64,000 bases of DNA from assembly GCA_963827475.1 (NCBI GenBank), contig CAWHAZ010000005.1, positions 192,001 through 256,000 of the forward strand, in the 5' to 3' direction. Below the pieces are notes generated by a model. The model did not search any database. It was not told where the DNA came from and saw only the letters and a program-made list of their open reading frames with translations. Numbering within the stretch: the stretch's first letter is position 1; the number at the start of each line of letters is the position of its first letter. This DNA is from an uncultured Chloroflexia bacterium (GTDB lineage: Bacteria > Chloroflexota > Limnocylindria > QHBO01). Shown one piece after another: positions 1 to 10,401 of this stretch. Position numbers and translations under genes: made by a program.

Positions 1-258
1 TTTGTCTTCTCTGCTGGAGAGCAGCAGTTCTACCAGGAGAAGGGCCTGGCCCACGAGCCCCAACGGTGTCCGAGCTGCCGGGCGGTGGCCAAGCAGAACC
101 GGGCCCTGGGCATCGGGACCGGCGGCGGGGTCCGGGAGATGCACGCCGCGGTCTGCGCCGAGTGCGGTGGGCAGGCCCTCGTGCCCTTCCTCCCACGCAA
201 CGACCGTCCGGTCTACTGCAGCACCTGTTTCGACAAGGTCCGCGCCCGCACCTCCTGA
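1..258 (+). CDS. Zinc-ribbon / CxxC-x17-CxxC domain protein (5'-truncated by window; absent from ORF track)
   Basis: Frame 1 reads FVFSAGEQQFYQEKGLAHEPQRCPSCR...REMHAAVCAECGGQALVPFLPRNDRPVYCSTCFDKVRARTS*; stop at 256-258. Confidence 0.9.
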   Translation, partial: FVFSAGEQQFYQEKGLAHEPQRCPSCRAVAKQNRALGIGTGGGVREMHAAVCAECGGQALVPFLPRNDRPVYCSTCFDKVRARTS

Positions 259-283
259 GCCGACACCGACGCCCAGACCGATG

Positions 284-309
284 ACCGCCGCCTGATCGGG
301 CGGCGGTCG
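284..309 (+). terminator. GC-rich hairpin, possible terminator
   Basis: GACCGCCGCC-tgatcg-GGCGGCGGTC, 10-bp stem with no U-tract; a TATACT -10-like box follows at 314-319. Confidence 0.45.
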
Positions 310-342
310 ACCTATACTGCGAATCCGCCCGGAGGCCTGCCA

Positions 343-1518
343 TTGGACCTCGCCACTCGAAGCCGGAATGACACCGAAATTGGCGGGCGCCTGCGCCGCG
401 CCTACGGCTTCGAGGAGGTCTCGCTCGTCCCCGGAGCGGTGACGATCGACCCGGCGGAGGTCGACACCTCGGTCGACATCGGCGAGCTCCGTCTCGAGAT
501 CCCCTTCCTGGCCGCCGCCATGGACGCGGTGAGCGACGCCGAGATGGCGGTCCGCCTCCACCGGCTCGGTGGACTGGCGGTTGTGAACCTCGAGGGGCTG
601 TACACCCGCTTTGCCGATGCCGGACCGATCATCGAGCAGGTCGTCGCGGCCCCCGACGGCCTGGCGGCCGGGCGGATCCTGGCCGAGGCCTACGACGAGC
701 CGATCCGCCCGGACCTGATCAGCGGCCTCATCACCCGGATCAAGTCCGCGGGCGCCGCCGCGGCCGTGGCCACCACCCCGGCCTCGGCGTGGGACCACGC
801 CGAGCTGGCCGCGGCCGCCGGAGCGGACGTCTTCCTGGTCCAGTCCCAGGTCTCGAGCGCTCAGCACATCTCGACCTCGGGGCGGGTCCTGTCCCTGGCC
901 GACCTCACGGGGGCGCTGCGCCTGCCGGTCCTGGTCGGCAACACGGTCAGCGGCGCCGCGGCCGCCCAGCTGATGGCCCAGGGCGCGGCGGGAATCCTGG
1001 TCGGAATCGGGCCCGGGGCGGCTTGCACCACGCGCGAGGTGCTGGGCATTGGCGTGCCGCAGGTGTCCGCCACCCTGGAGGTGGCGGCGGCCCGCGACCG
1101 GTACCTCTCCGAGACCGGCCGCTACGTCCCGGTCATCACCGACGGGGGGATGAAGACCGGAGGCGACATCGCCAAGGCGATCGCCGCCGGCGCGGACGCG
1201 GTGATGCTCGGGTCGCCGTTCGCGGCCGCATCCGAGGCGCCGGGACGCGGCGTGAACTGGGGCATGGCGGCCCCGTCACCGACGCTCCCTCGCGGGACGC
1301 GGATCCAGCTCGGGGAGCGGCTGCCGCTGGATCAGATCCTGTTCGGCCCGGCAGCCACCACCCACGGCACCCAGAACCTGGTCGGTGCCCTCCGACAGTC
1401 GATGGGCGCCCTCGGCGCGAGGACGATCCGCGACATGCACGCGGTCGAGATGGTGTTCGCCCCCGCCATCGGCACCGAGGGCAAGTCGCTTCAGCTGTCC
1501 GCCAGCGGAGACCGATGA
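343..1518 (+). CDS. guaB3: GuaB3-type IMP dehydrogenase family protein (no CBS domains)
   Basis: RRAYGFEEVSLVPG N-terminus, AAAMD, GIGPGAACTTR catalytic Cys loop, DGG..TGGDIAKAIAAGADAVMLGS; adjacent to guaA. Confidence 0.9.
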   Translation: MDLATRSRNDTEIGGRLRRAYGFEEVSLVPGAVTIDPAEVDTSVDIGELRLEIPFLAAAMDAVSDAEMAVRLHRLGGLAVVNLEGLYTRFADAGPIIEQVVAAPDGLAAGRILAEAYDEPIRPDLISGLITRIKSAGAAAAVATTPASAWDHAELAAAAGADVFLVQSQVSSAQHISTSGRVLSLADLTGALRLPVLVGNTVSGAAAAQLMAQGAAGILVGIGPGAACTTREVLGIGVPQVSATLEVAAARDRYLSETGRYVPVITDGGMKTGGDIAKAIAAGADAVMLGSPFAAASEAPGRGVNWGMAAPSPTLPRGTRIQLGERLPLDQILFGPAATTHGTQNLVGALRQSMGALGARTIRDMHAVEMVFAPAIGTEGKSLQLSASGDR

Positions 1519-1559
1519 CGGTCAGCCGCGCCGCCGACCGTCACGTCTAGACTGGATCG

Positions 1560-3155
1560 ATGGCGACACTCGGGCAGGCACTGGATGGAGTAGTCGAGCT
1601 CCACGACGGCCAGCCGCCCGACCTGCAGACGATCATCGTCCTCGATTTCGGCGGGCAGTACGCCCAGCTCATCGCGCGGCGGATCCGGGAGCTCAACGTG
1701 TACTCGGAGCTGCTCCCGCATGACACGCCGTGGGACGAGATCGAGCGGCGGCGGCCGGTCGGGATCATCCTCTCCGGCGGACCGGCATCGGTCTACGACG
1801 ACGACGCGCCGCAGGCGGACCCGCGCCTGTGGGAAGGGCGGTTCCCGGTCCTCGGCATCTGCTACGGCGTCCAGCTGATGGCCCACCAGCTCGGCGGCAA
1901 GGTGGCTCCCGCCGAGCAGCGCGAGTACGGCCCGGCCACCATCCGAGCCGTTGCCGACGAGCCGCTGCTGGCCGGGCTGCCGGCCACCGCCCCGGTATGG
2001 ATGAGCCACGGCGACTCGATCCTCGAGCCGCCGCCGGGGTTCCGGACGATCGCCTCGAGCGAGTCCACCCCCTTCGCGGCGATGGCCAACGACCACGGCC
2101 TGATGGGCCTCCAGTTCCACCCCGAGGTCGTCCACACCCCGAACGGTCGCGAGATCCTCGCCAACTTCGCCCTGCGCATCGCCGGCGCCCGGGGCGACTG
2201 GACACCCGGCTCGTTCATCGATTCGACGGTGGCCGCCATCCGGCAGGAGGTCGGCGACGGCCGCGTCATCTGCGCCCTGTCCGGCGGGGTGGATAGCGCG
2301 GTGGCCGCCACGCTCGTCCATCGCGCGGTCGGGGAGCGGCTGACCTGCGTCTACGTCGACACCGGCCTCATGCGCAAGCGCGAGTCCGAGCTGCTGCGGG
2401 CGACCTTCGAGCAGAACCTCGGCATGCAGCTGCGGATGGTGGATGCCCGCGACCGGTTCCTCGACCGGCTCCGAGGGGTGGCCGACCCGGAGGAGAAGCG
2501 GCGGATCATCGGCGACGAGTTCATTCGCGTCTTCGAGGAGGAAGCCGCCAGCCTGGGACCGATCGAGTTCCTCGTCCAGGGCACGCTGTACCCCGACGTC
2601 ATCGAGTCGAAGACGATGGAGTCGAAGGCCGCGGCCAAGATCAAGACCCACCACAACGTCGGCGGCCTCCCGGCTGACCTCCGCTTCCGGCTCATCGAGC
2701 CGCTGCGCTACCTGTTCAAGGACGAGGTGCGCCGGGTCGGCGCGGAGCTCGGCCTGCCGGAGGCGATGATCCAGCGCCAGCCGTTCCCCGGCCCCGGGCT
2801 CGCAATTCGGGTGATCGGCGAGGTGACCGCATCGCGCCTCGAGACATTGCGCGACGCGGACTGGATCGTCCTGGACGAGATCAAGGGCGCCGGCCTGTAC
2901 GGGGATCTGTGGCAGAGCTTCGCGATCCTGACGCCCATCGACACGGTTGGCGTGATGGGCGACGGCCGAACCTACGCCAACGTGGTCGCGATCCGGGCGG
3001 TGACCTCCGACGACGGGATGACCGCCGACTGGGCCCGCCTGCCCTACGACCTGCTGGCTCGGATCAGCGCCCGGATCGTGAACGAGGTGCCGGGCGTGAA
3101 CCGGGTCGTCTACGACGTGAGCAGCAAGCCGCCGGCCACCATCGAGTGGGAGTGA
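1560..3155 (+). CDS. guaA: GMP synthase (glutamine-hydrolysing)
   Basis: [49 protein letters not shown]. Confidence 0.98.
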   Translation: MATLGQALDGVVELHDGQPPDLQTIIVLDFGGQYAQLIARRIRELNVYSELLPHDTPWDEIERRRPVGIILSGGPASVYDDDAPQADPRLWEGRFPVLGICYGVQLMAHQLGGKVAPAEQREYGPATIRAVADEPLLAGLPATAPVWMSHGDSILEPPPGFRTIASSESTPFAAMANDHGLMGLQFHPEVVHTPNGREILANFALRIAGARGDWTPGSFIDSTVAAIRQEVGDGRVICALSGGVDSAVAATLVHRAVGERLTCVYVDTGLMRKRESELLRATFEQNLGMQLRMVDARDRFLDRLRGVADPEEKRRIIGDEFIRVFEEEAASLGPIEFLVQGTLYPDVIESKTMESKAAAKIKTHHNVGGLPADLRFRLIEPLRYLFKDEVRRVGAELGLPEAMIQRQPFPGPGLAIRVIGEVTASRLETLRDADWIVLDEIKGAGLYGDLWQSFAILTPIDTVGVMGDGRTYANVVAIRAVTSDDGMTADWARLPYDLLARISARIVNEVPGVNRVVYDVSSKPPATIEWE

Positions 3156-3182
3156 TCGATCCGCCGTAGGATGCGCGGACCG

Positions 3183-6170
3183 ATGTCCTCGTGGTTCGAC
3201 AAGCTGCTCGAGGAGATGCAGCGACGGCAGCTCGAAGCCGACCGCGCCCGCGAGGGCCGGCCGATGCCGCCGCGGCCCCGCGTCGGGCCGCCCGAGGAGC
3301 AGATTCCCGACGACGAGGACGGCGGTGGCGGGGACGAGCCACCACCGCCACGGCGCCTCCGGCCGCGACGCGGCCGCCCGGAGCGCAGCCCGGTCAACTG
3401 GGTTCGTCCCGGCCTGTTCCTGCTCGGGGCGTTCATCCTGTTCCAGGTCCTCGGTGGCCTGGTCGAGCTGTTCACCGACCTCGCCTGGTACCAGTCGCTC
3501 GGCCGCCGCGACGTCCTGCTGACCCGATTCGTCGCCCACCTCGGCTGGTTCGTGGTCGGCGCCGCGCTGTTCACCATCCCGGCCCTGCTGAGCCTGTGGG
3601 TCGCTCGTCGGCTCGGTCCGCAGGTGCCCATCCGCCGCGTCGGGCCGGTGGAGATTCCGGACCTGTCCGGTCCGGTCGGCATCATTCTGGTCGGACTGAT
3701 CGTGGTTGGCGGGCTGGTCAGCGGGCTCGCGTGGGGCGGGAACTGGCCGACGCTCCTGCTGTTCTTCAACGGCGGGGCGTTCGGGGCCACTGACGCGGCC
3801 TTCGGCCGCGACATCGGCTTCTACGTGTTCGACCTCGCGTTCTGGCGCTTCGTCCAGGGCTGGGTGGTGATTGCCCTGGCCGTGATCATCGGTCTGACGG
3901 TGGGTGCCTACGCGGTGTCCGCCACCCGCTGGCAGTTCCACCTGACCGCGCCGGTGCGGGCGCACCTCAGCCTGCTGGGCGCCGCCCTGCTGCTGACCAT
4001 CGCCGCCGGCTACCAGCTCGACTCGGCGGAGCTGGTGTACTCGACGCGGGGCGTCGGCGGCACGGTCCAGGCGGCGATGTACACCGACATGAATGCCCAG
4101 GTCCCGGCCTACACCATCCTGACCATCGTGGCGGTGGTGTCCGCCGGGCTGCTGCTGGCGAACATCTTCTTCCGGACGCTGTGGCTCATCGGCCTGGCCG
4201 CGGGCGCGTGGCTGGTCCTGTCGATCGTGGTCGGGGGCTTCTATCCCGGCGTCGTGCAGCGGTTCAGCGTGGAGCCCAACGAGCTCGAGCGAGAGCGGGG
4301 GTACCTCGAGCAGCACCTCGCCGCCACCCGGGCGGCATTCGACCTGGACGCGATCGAGGAGCGGGACTTCACCGGCGAGCAGCGACCGACGCGCGCCCTG
4401 TTCGAGGAGAACCAGGAGACGCTCGACAACCTGCGCCTGTGGGACTACCGACCGCTGCTGGTGACGTTCGGCCAGCAGCAGATCCTGCGCCAGTACTACA
4501 ACTTCCTCGACGTCGACATCGACCGCTACGTGATCGACGACGCCGAGCGCCAGATCATGCTCTCCGGCCGAGAGATCGAGATCGACCGCCTGGCCGATGC
4601 GGCGCGGACCTGGACCAACGAGCGCCTGGTGTTCACCCACGGCTACGGGATCACCGCCGTCCGCTCGAACGCGATCACGCCCGAGGGCCAGCCGGACTAC
4701 CTGATCAGCGGCATCAACCGCAACCCCGATTTGCCCCTCGGCGAGCCGCGGATCTACTTCGGCGAGGCCACCACCGACTACGTCGTGGTCCGGACCCGGA
4801 CCCCGGAGTTCGACTTCCCGCTGGGCGACGAAGGGGGGGAGACCACGGCGTGGACCGGCGAGACCGGCGTGCCGGTCGACAACGTCCTGTCCCGGCTCCT
4901 GTTCGCCATCCGCCTCGGGGACCTGAACCTGTTCATCAGCGACCAGCTGACCGGCGACTCGGCGATTCTCTTCCGGCGCGACATCCGCGACCGCGTGCCC
5001 GAGCTGGCGCCGTTCCTCGAGTACGACCGCGATCCGTACCTGGTCAACGCCGACGGCCGGCTGGTCTGGATGTGGGACGCCTACACCACCACCAACCGCT
5101 ACCCGAACGCCCAGCCACTGCCGGTCGAGACCGAGTTCCCCGGCGCGAACTACGTGCGCAACGCGGTGAAGGTGGTGGTCGATGCCTACACCGGCGACGT
5201 GCGCTTCTACGTGATCGATCCCGACGAGCCGATCATCGCGGCGTGGTCGGCGATCTTCCCCGGGCTGTTCGAGCCGATCACGGAGATGCCCGAGTCGCTG
5301 GTCGCCCACCTGCGGTACCCCGAGGACCTGTTCACCGCCCAGAACTCCGCGTACCTGCTGTACCACCTCGCCCCCAACGCGTCGGGAGCGGGCACGTTCT
5401 ACAACCAGGACGACCGGTGGGCGATCCCGACCCAGGTCTCGGACGTGTCCGGCGAGGGCGGGCCGGTGGAGCCGTACTACGTGATCATGAAGGTCCCCGG
5501 CGAGGAGCGGAGCGAGTTCGTCCTCATCCAGCCGCTGGTGGCGGCCAACCGGCCGAACATGATCGCGTGGGTCGCGGCCCGGATGGATCCCGGCGTGTAC
5601 GGCGAGCGGATCGAGTTCCGATTCCCGGTCGACACCACCACCCTCGGCCCGGCGCAGGTCCAGGCCCGCATCAACCAGGACTCGCGGATCAGCGCCCAGT
5701 TCACGCTGTGGAGCCAGGCCGGGTCCGACGTCGTCCGCGGCGACCTGCTGGTCCTGCCCATGGGCGACTCGATCCTCTACGTCGAGCCGATCTACCTCCG
5801 ATCCACGCAGTCCAGCTTCCCCGAGTTCAAGCGGGTGATCCTGGCGGACCAGACCCGGATCGCGTTTGCCGAGACGATCGAGGAGGGCCTGCGCCAGATC
5901 CTCGGGGAGTCGGAGATCCCGCCACCCGAAGGCGGCGGAGGGGGTGGTGGCGGCGAAGGCGGCGGAGGCGGCGGCGAGCTGCCGGACGACGTGACCGAGC
6001 TCGTGATCCTCGCCCAGGAGCTGTACGCGGAGGCCCAGGCGGCGCTCGCGGCCGGGGATCTCGGCGCCTACCAGGACGCCGTCGACGAGCTCGGCCGCGT
6101 CCTCGACCGGATTGCCGAGCTGACCGGGGTCAGCCCATTGCCCTCCGCCGCCCCTTCGTCCTCGCCCTAG
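3183..6170 (+). CDS. UPF0182 family membrane protein
   Basis: About seven N-terminal TM segments, then NLRLWD, YNFLDVDIDRY, LVFTHGYG, EPRIYFGE, NYVRNAVK, HLRYPEDLF, LYVEPIY. Start at 3183 (the ATG at 3171 overlaps a TAGGAT box). Confidence 0.93.
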   Translation: MSSWFDKLLEEMQRRQLEADRAREGRPMPPRPRVGPPEEQIPDDEDGGGGDEPPPPRRLRPRRGRPERSPVNWVRPGLFLLGAFILFQVLGGLVELFTDLAWYQSLGRRDVLLTRFVAHLGWFVVGAALFTIPALLSLWVARRLGPQVPIRRVGPVEIPDLSGPVGIILVGLIVVGGLVSGLAWGGNWPTLLLFFNGGAFGATDAAFGRDIGFYVFDLAFWRFVQGWVVIALAVIIGLTVGAYAVSATRWQFHLTAPVRAHLSLLGAALLLTIAAGYQLDSAELVYSTRGVGGTVQAAMYTDMNAQVPAYTILTIVAVVSAGLLLANIFFRTLWLIGLAAGAWLVLSIVVGGFYPGVVQRFSVEPNELERERGYLEQHLAATRAAFDLDAIEERDFTGEQRPTRALFEENQETLDNLRLWDYRPLLVTFGQQQILRQYYNFLDVDIDRYVIDDAERQIMLSGREIEIDRLADAARTWTNERLVFTHGYGITAVRSNAITPEGQPDYLISGINRNPDLPLGEPRIYFGEATTDYVVVRTRTPEFDFPLGDEGGETTAWTGETGVPVDNVLSRLLFAIRLGDLNLFISDQLTGDSAILFRRDIRDRVPELAPFLEYDRDPYLVNADGRLVWMWDAYTTTNRYPNAQPLPVETEFPGANYVRNAVKVVVDAYTGDVRFYVIDPDEPIIAAWSAIFPGLFEPITEMPESLVAHLRYPEDLFTAQNSAYLLYHLAPNASGAGTFYNQDDRWAIPTQVSDVSGEGGPVEPYYVIMKVPGEERSEFVLIQPLVAANRPNMIAWVAARMDPGVYGERIEFRFPVDTTTLGPAQVQARINQDSRISAQFTLWSQAGSDVVRGDLLVLPMGDSILYVEPIYLRSTQSSFPEFKRVILADQTRIAFAETIEEGLRQILGESEIPPPEGGGGGGGGEGGGGGGELPDDVTELVILAQELYAEAQAALAAGDLGAYQDAVDELGRVLDRIAELTGVSPLPSAAPSSSP

Positions 6171-6184
6171 GGCTGCCCCGCGAC

Positions 6185-7051
6185 ATGGGCGGCTGGCTGT
6201 CGGGGGGCATGGCCGCGGCGCGGGTGGCGAGCGACCGTGCCGAGCTGTGGTTCCCGGGCGCGCTGGTGTCGTTCGTGGCCGCGGGCTGGCTCGTCCTGCT
6301 CCTGACCGTGGCCCCGTCCCCCGACGCGGCCGGCGCCGCGGGTCTGGGCCTGCAGCTCGCCTCCAGCCCGTGGTGGCCGTGGAACGTGGTGGTCCTCAGC
6401 GTGGCCATCGTCGCCGGCCTGGCCACGGTCCTGCTGGTCGTTGCCTTCGGCGAGGTGGCGTTGATGATGGGCCTCATGGACCCCGCGGAGCGGGAGACGC
6501 CGCCGTCCGTCCCGCGGGCCATGGCCGTGCTCACGGTTGCCGCCCTTCCGGTCCTGGCCATGGCGCTGATCCTGGGCTGGCTCGCCGCTCCGGCGGTGGT
6601 CGACGCCGTCCTCGGCTCCGACCCCGCGACGCCGGTGTCGGTCCGCCTGCTGGACGCGACCTGGCCGTACCTCCTTGCACTGGCGGCCGTCGTCGTGATC
6701 GTCCAGGCGGTGGGGGCGGCTGGTCTCCGACGACCCGGATGGCAGGGCCTGGCGGCGGCCCGAGGCCGCGGCCATCGACTCATCCCGCAGGCGGCGGTCA
6801 CGCTGGTCGCCTTCCTCGGCGCCCAGGTCCTGACCGGCGGCATGCTCGGCGTGCTGTGGCGGCCGCTCGACGACCGCCTGGCGGACGGAGGCCTCGCCCA
6901 GCCGATGACGGTGATCCTGCTGCTAGGCTTCGTGTGGATCTGGCTCGTCCTCGTCATCATCTGCGGCGTCGTACAGGCGTGGACATCGGCCTGGTGGCAG
7001 GCGGAGCTGGGTGCCGGATCCGGAGCAACGTCGATGGAGGGTGGCCCGTGA
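6185..7051 (+). CDS. Hypothetical multi-pass membrane protein
   Basis: 3' part of track ORF 4181-7051 from the ATG at 6185; several hydrophobic helices; stop overlaps the next GTG. Confidence 0.7.
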   Translation: MGGWLSGGMAAARVASDRAELWFPGALVSFVAAGWLVLLLTVAPSPDAAGAAGLGLQLASSPWWPWNVVVLSVAIVAGLATVLLVVAFGEVALMMGLMDPAERETPPSVPRAMAVLTVAALPVLAMALILGWLAAPAVVDAVLGSDPATPVSVRLLDATWPYLLALAAVVVIVQAVGAAGLRRPGWQGLAAARGRGHRLIPQAAVTLVAFLGAQVLTGGMLGVLWRPLDDRLADGGLAQPMTVILLLGFVWIWLVLVIICGVVQAWTSAWWQAELGAGSGATSMEGGP

Positions 7052-7810
7052 CCGAGGTCCAGGTCTGTCGGCGATGTGGGACGGAGAACCGGCCCGGCGT
7101 GTCGTTCTGCGAGACCTGTGGTCAGCGCCTGGTGGCCGCCGACGAAGCGACCATGGCCAGACCCGCGGCGAGCGGCGAGGGCGGACCGTGCCCACGCTGC
7201 GGCGCGGTCAACCGCTCCGGCTCCGCGTTCTGCTCCGAGTGCGGCTTCAACATCCGGCCCGCGGTGGCCGCCGCCGGGGCGTCGCTCGGCGCGTCGCCTG
7301 ACGCACCTCCGTCCACGGCTCCGGCCGAGGTCGCTCGCCCGGCACGGGCGTGGCTGGGTCCCCTCGTGCTCGCCATCGCCGCGGCCGGGATGGCCACCGC
7401 GTGGTTGCTGCCCTTCGCCATCGGCGGCGGCTCGCTGGCCGAGCAGGCGCTTGGCCCGGATGGATATGGGCTCGCGTTCTGGACCGCCTACCCGGAGGAC
7501 GGCGGGCTGCTGGAGGCCGCCTATTTCGGCGTCGCCGCCCCGCTGCCGATCCTCGTCGGCCTGATGCTGCTTCTCGCCGCCGTGGGCGTCCTGCGCGCCG
7601 TGCCCGGTCGCGTCCAGCGGATCGGGCTCGGGGTCGTCCTCGGCGTGGTGCGCGGCCTTCGCCATCCTGTTCCTGGTGTTCGAGATCGGGTCGGCGCTCG
7701 GAGGTGATCTCATCGGCCTCCTCCGCAGCCTGTCGCCGGCCGGCCTCATCGGATCCCTGTCGGCCGTGATCGGTGCGATCGGCAGCGTTACCCGGCTGGC
7801 CGGGGGCTGA
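7048..7810 (+). CDS. Double zinc-ribbon membrane protein (frameshift near 7650)
   Basis: CRRC..FCETC and CPRC..FCSEC, then TM helices; a shifted frame continues AWCAAFAILFLVFEIG...RLAGG* to 7810. Confidence 0.75.
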
Positions 7811-9611
7811 AGCCGGATGCGCAGGGAGGTCGCTGGACTAGCCGGCCTGCTCCACCGGACGGAGGGTCGGGTCCGCGACGGATTCGACCGGTCGGGGCGG
7901 ACACCGCTGGGCGGGCGCGCGACCTGCTCGCACGGCTCTTCCTCGGGGCGGGGGTCGACACGGCCGGCGCGTCGAGGGGCTGGAGTGCGTGCAGCAGCGC
8001 GGCGGCCCGGGGATCGACGGCCTCGAGCCCGCCCTCGGCGTGCTCATGGAGTCGCCGGATTTCCTCCAGGCCGTCGGACGGCACCTGCTCGCCGAAAATG
8101 GCGATGAACACCTCGACCACGGTGGGGTCGAACTGGGTTGACGCATGGCGGCGGAGCTCGGCCAGCGCCTGCTCGTGGGTGAGCGCCGACTTGTAGGGCC
8201 GCTCGTGGACCATGGCGTGATACGCGTCGGCCACGGCCACGATCCGGGCACCGAGCGGGATCTCCTCGCCGCGCAGGCCATGCGGATAGCCCGTGCCATC
8301 GAAGCGTTCGTGGTGGTGGAGGACGATCGGGACCGCGTCCCGCATGCTCGTGGCCTGCTCGAGGATGAGCTGGCCGATGCGTGGATGCTCGCCGACCACC
8401 TGCCATTCGACGTCGGTCAGCGACGAGGGCTTGTCGAGGATCTCGTCCGGCAGGGCCAGCTTGCCGAGGTCGTGCAGGAGGGCCGCGATTCGGATCCGAT
8501 CCAGCTCCACCCGGGACAGGCCCATGTGGAGGGCGACCCCGATCGAGAGCGCCGCGATCATGTCCGACGGCCGGCCCCGGTGATGGGGCTGCGGTGCCAG
8601 GACCGATGCCAGGGCCTGGGCGGCGCTGGCGCTCGCCCAGCGACCGATGGCGGCTGCCGCGTCACGCCGCTCCGGGGTGATCGCCGCGCGGCGGACAACC
8701 GATTCATCGGTGACGCTGCCGAACAGGAAGCTCTGGTTGCGTCCCTCGGACTTCGCGACGTACATCGCCGCATCGGCCGCGTCGACCAGGCGGTCGACCT
8801 GCAGCTCGGCGCTGTGCCCACCCGCCACGCCGATGCTGATCGTGGCATCCACCAGCACACCGGAAGCCACGCTGAGCGGTCGGCGCATGACCATCTCGCG
8901 CAGCTCCTCGGCCATGCCGTAGGCGTCTTCCGGGGTCGTCTCGGGCAGGATGAGCATGAACTCCTCCCCGCCATAGCGGCCGAAGATGTCGCTCGCCCGG
9001 ATGCTGCGCGTGATCAGCCCGGCCAGCTGCTGCAGAACGGCGTCTCCGACCCGGTGGCCGTAGGTGTCATTGATCGCCTTGAAGCGGTCGATGTCCATGA
9101 ACGCGACCGACATCGGCTTGGAATGGCGAGACGCCCGTTCGACTTCGCCGGCCAGCGTCCGCAGCAGCGATTCGCGGTTGGGGATGCCGGTCAGCCGGTC
9201 CCGGGTCGCCTGCGCCTCCGCCATGGCGAACGTGCCCGCCGCCCGGTTGAACGCTCGAGCCAGGCGCCGCTCGGCGGGCACGCCCGACTCCTTGAGCATG
9301 ATCGGCGCGCCCTGGTCCACGGTGCGCTCGAGGTCATTGGCCAGGCGTCGGAGTCGGAGGGCGAAGTAGAACCAGGTGGTCAGAGCCATGGCCGTGGCGC
9401 CCAGCCCGATGGCCAGCCCCACCAGTCCGACCATGAAGCCGCGGGTCTCCGGAGGCTGGTGGACGAGCATCGCCCCGAGGAGGGTGAGGCACACGGCAGC
9501 CACGACCGGATACAGGAAGCCGAGCAGCCGCAGCAGCCAGAGCAAGTCATCCTCCAGGACGGGGAGATGTGGTCCGTGACCAGTCTGGTCGAGACCCGCT
9601 GGCGAGGCCAT
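7788..9611 (-). CDS. Membrane diguanylate cyclase / HD-GYP hybrid protein
   Basis: Two TM segments, DRLTG, DIDRFKAINDTYGH, RASD I-site, GGEEF; then LHDLGK, HHERFDGTGYP, ADAYHAM. The true stop may be 7838 if the tail is frameshifted. Confidence 0.92.
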   Translation of the reverse strand: MASPAGLDQTGHGPHLPVLEDDLLWLLRLLGFLYPVVAAVCLTLLGAMLVHQPPETRGFMVGLVGLAIGLGATAMALTTWFYFALRLRRLANDLERTVDQGAPIMLKESGVPAERRLARAFNRAAGTFAMAEAQATRDRLTGIPNRESLLRTLAGEVERASRHSKPMSVAFMDIDRFKAINDTYGHRVGDAVLQQLAGLITRSIRASDIFGRYGGEEFMLILPETTPEDAYGMAEELREMVMRRPLSVASGVLVDATISIGVAGGHSAELQVDRLVDAADAAMYVAKSEGRNQSFLFGSVTDESVVRRAAITPERRDAAAAIGRWASASAAQALASVLAPQPHHRGRPSDMIAALSIGVALHMGLSRVELDRIRIAALLHDLGKLALPDEILDKPSSLTDVEWQVVGEHPRIGQLILEQATSMRDAVPIVLHHHERFDGTGYPHGLRGEEIPLGARIVAVADAYHAMVHERPYKSALTHEQALAELRRHASTQFDPTVVEVFIAIFGEQVPSDGLEEIRRLHEHAEGGLEAVDPRAAALLHALQPLDAPAVSTPAPRKSRASRSRARPAVSAPTGRIRRGPDPPSGGAGRLVQRPPCASGFSPRPAG

Positions 9612-9819
9612 GGCCTGATCGTCCGATGCCTCGGCGCGCCGGTGCCGCGAGGGCTCGGATCGGGCCGTGGTGCGGTCCGGTGCAGTACCCGGCCCGGACC
9701 TCCGGCGAGGGCTGCTCGCCGGCCTGGTCACCGGAACGGTGATTTCAGACCCATCTGCTAGGATGGCCGCCGCGCTTCGTGCCGGGTGGCACGGACCCAG
9801 GGAGTGAGGCACATCGCGA

Positions 9820-10401
9820 ATGGAAGGTCTGCCGGATCCGGGCCAGATCTGGAACGACTTCACCAGCAACCCGGTTGTCCAGCTGGCGGCAACGCTGATC
9901 GTCGTGTACGTCGTGATGCTCTGGCTGGGGACCGCCTACTGGGCCTTCCGCGACATGCAGGCTCGGACCGAGAACCCGATCCTGCCCTACTTCGCCTCCG
10001 CACTGATCATCTTCTTCACTCCACTCGTGTTCCTGTTCGCTTGGCTGATGTACATCATCATTCGACCCCGCGAGACGATGGCCGAGGTCTACGAGCGGTC
10101 CCTGGCCGAGGAGTCGCTCCTGGCCGAGATGGAGAAGCACCTCAACTGCCCAACCTGCCGAGCGCGCGTCTCCGAGGACTGGATCGTGTGTCCCAACTGT
10201 CGGACGCGGCTCCACCGCATCTGCCCCGCCTGCCAGCGGCTGACCGAGCCAGCGTGGTCGATCTGCGCCTTCTGCGGCACTGATCTGCCGACCCGCGCTC
10301 GACCCGCGGCGGTCCCCGCACCGGTCGCGGCCCCGGCCGCCGACCGCCCCGAATTCGGCCACGAGAAGGGCGCCGTCCCGCAGGCGGCGCACAACCCCTG
10401 A
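9820..10401 (+). CDS. Membrane protein with C-terminal double zinc ribbon
   Basis: TM helices, YIIIRPRET, CPTC/CPNC/CPAC/CAFC. Confidence 0.85.
   Translation: MEGLPDPGQIWNDFTSNPVVQLAATLIVVYVVMLWLGTAYWAFRDMQARTENPILPYFASALIIFFTPLVFLFAWLMYIIIRPRETMAEVYERSLAEESLLAEMEKHLNCPTCRARVSEDWIVCPNCRTRLHRICPACQRLTEPAWSICAFCGTDLPTRARPAAVPAPVAAPAADRPEFGHEKGAVPQAAHNP

Noticed and set aside
1491..5366. 1291-aa minus-strand ORF and many other long alternative-frame ORFs (e.g. 16912-19437, 42964-44865)
   Set aside because: Shadow frames of recognisable genes; stops are rare at this GC content and the products have no motifs
5930..5975. GGC-rich low-complexity tract
   Set aside because: Encodes a Gly linker in the UPF0182 tail
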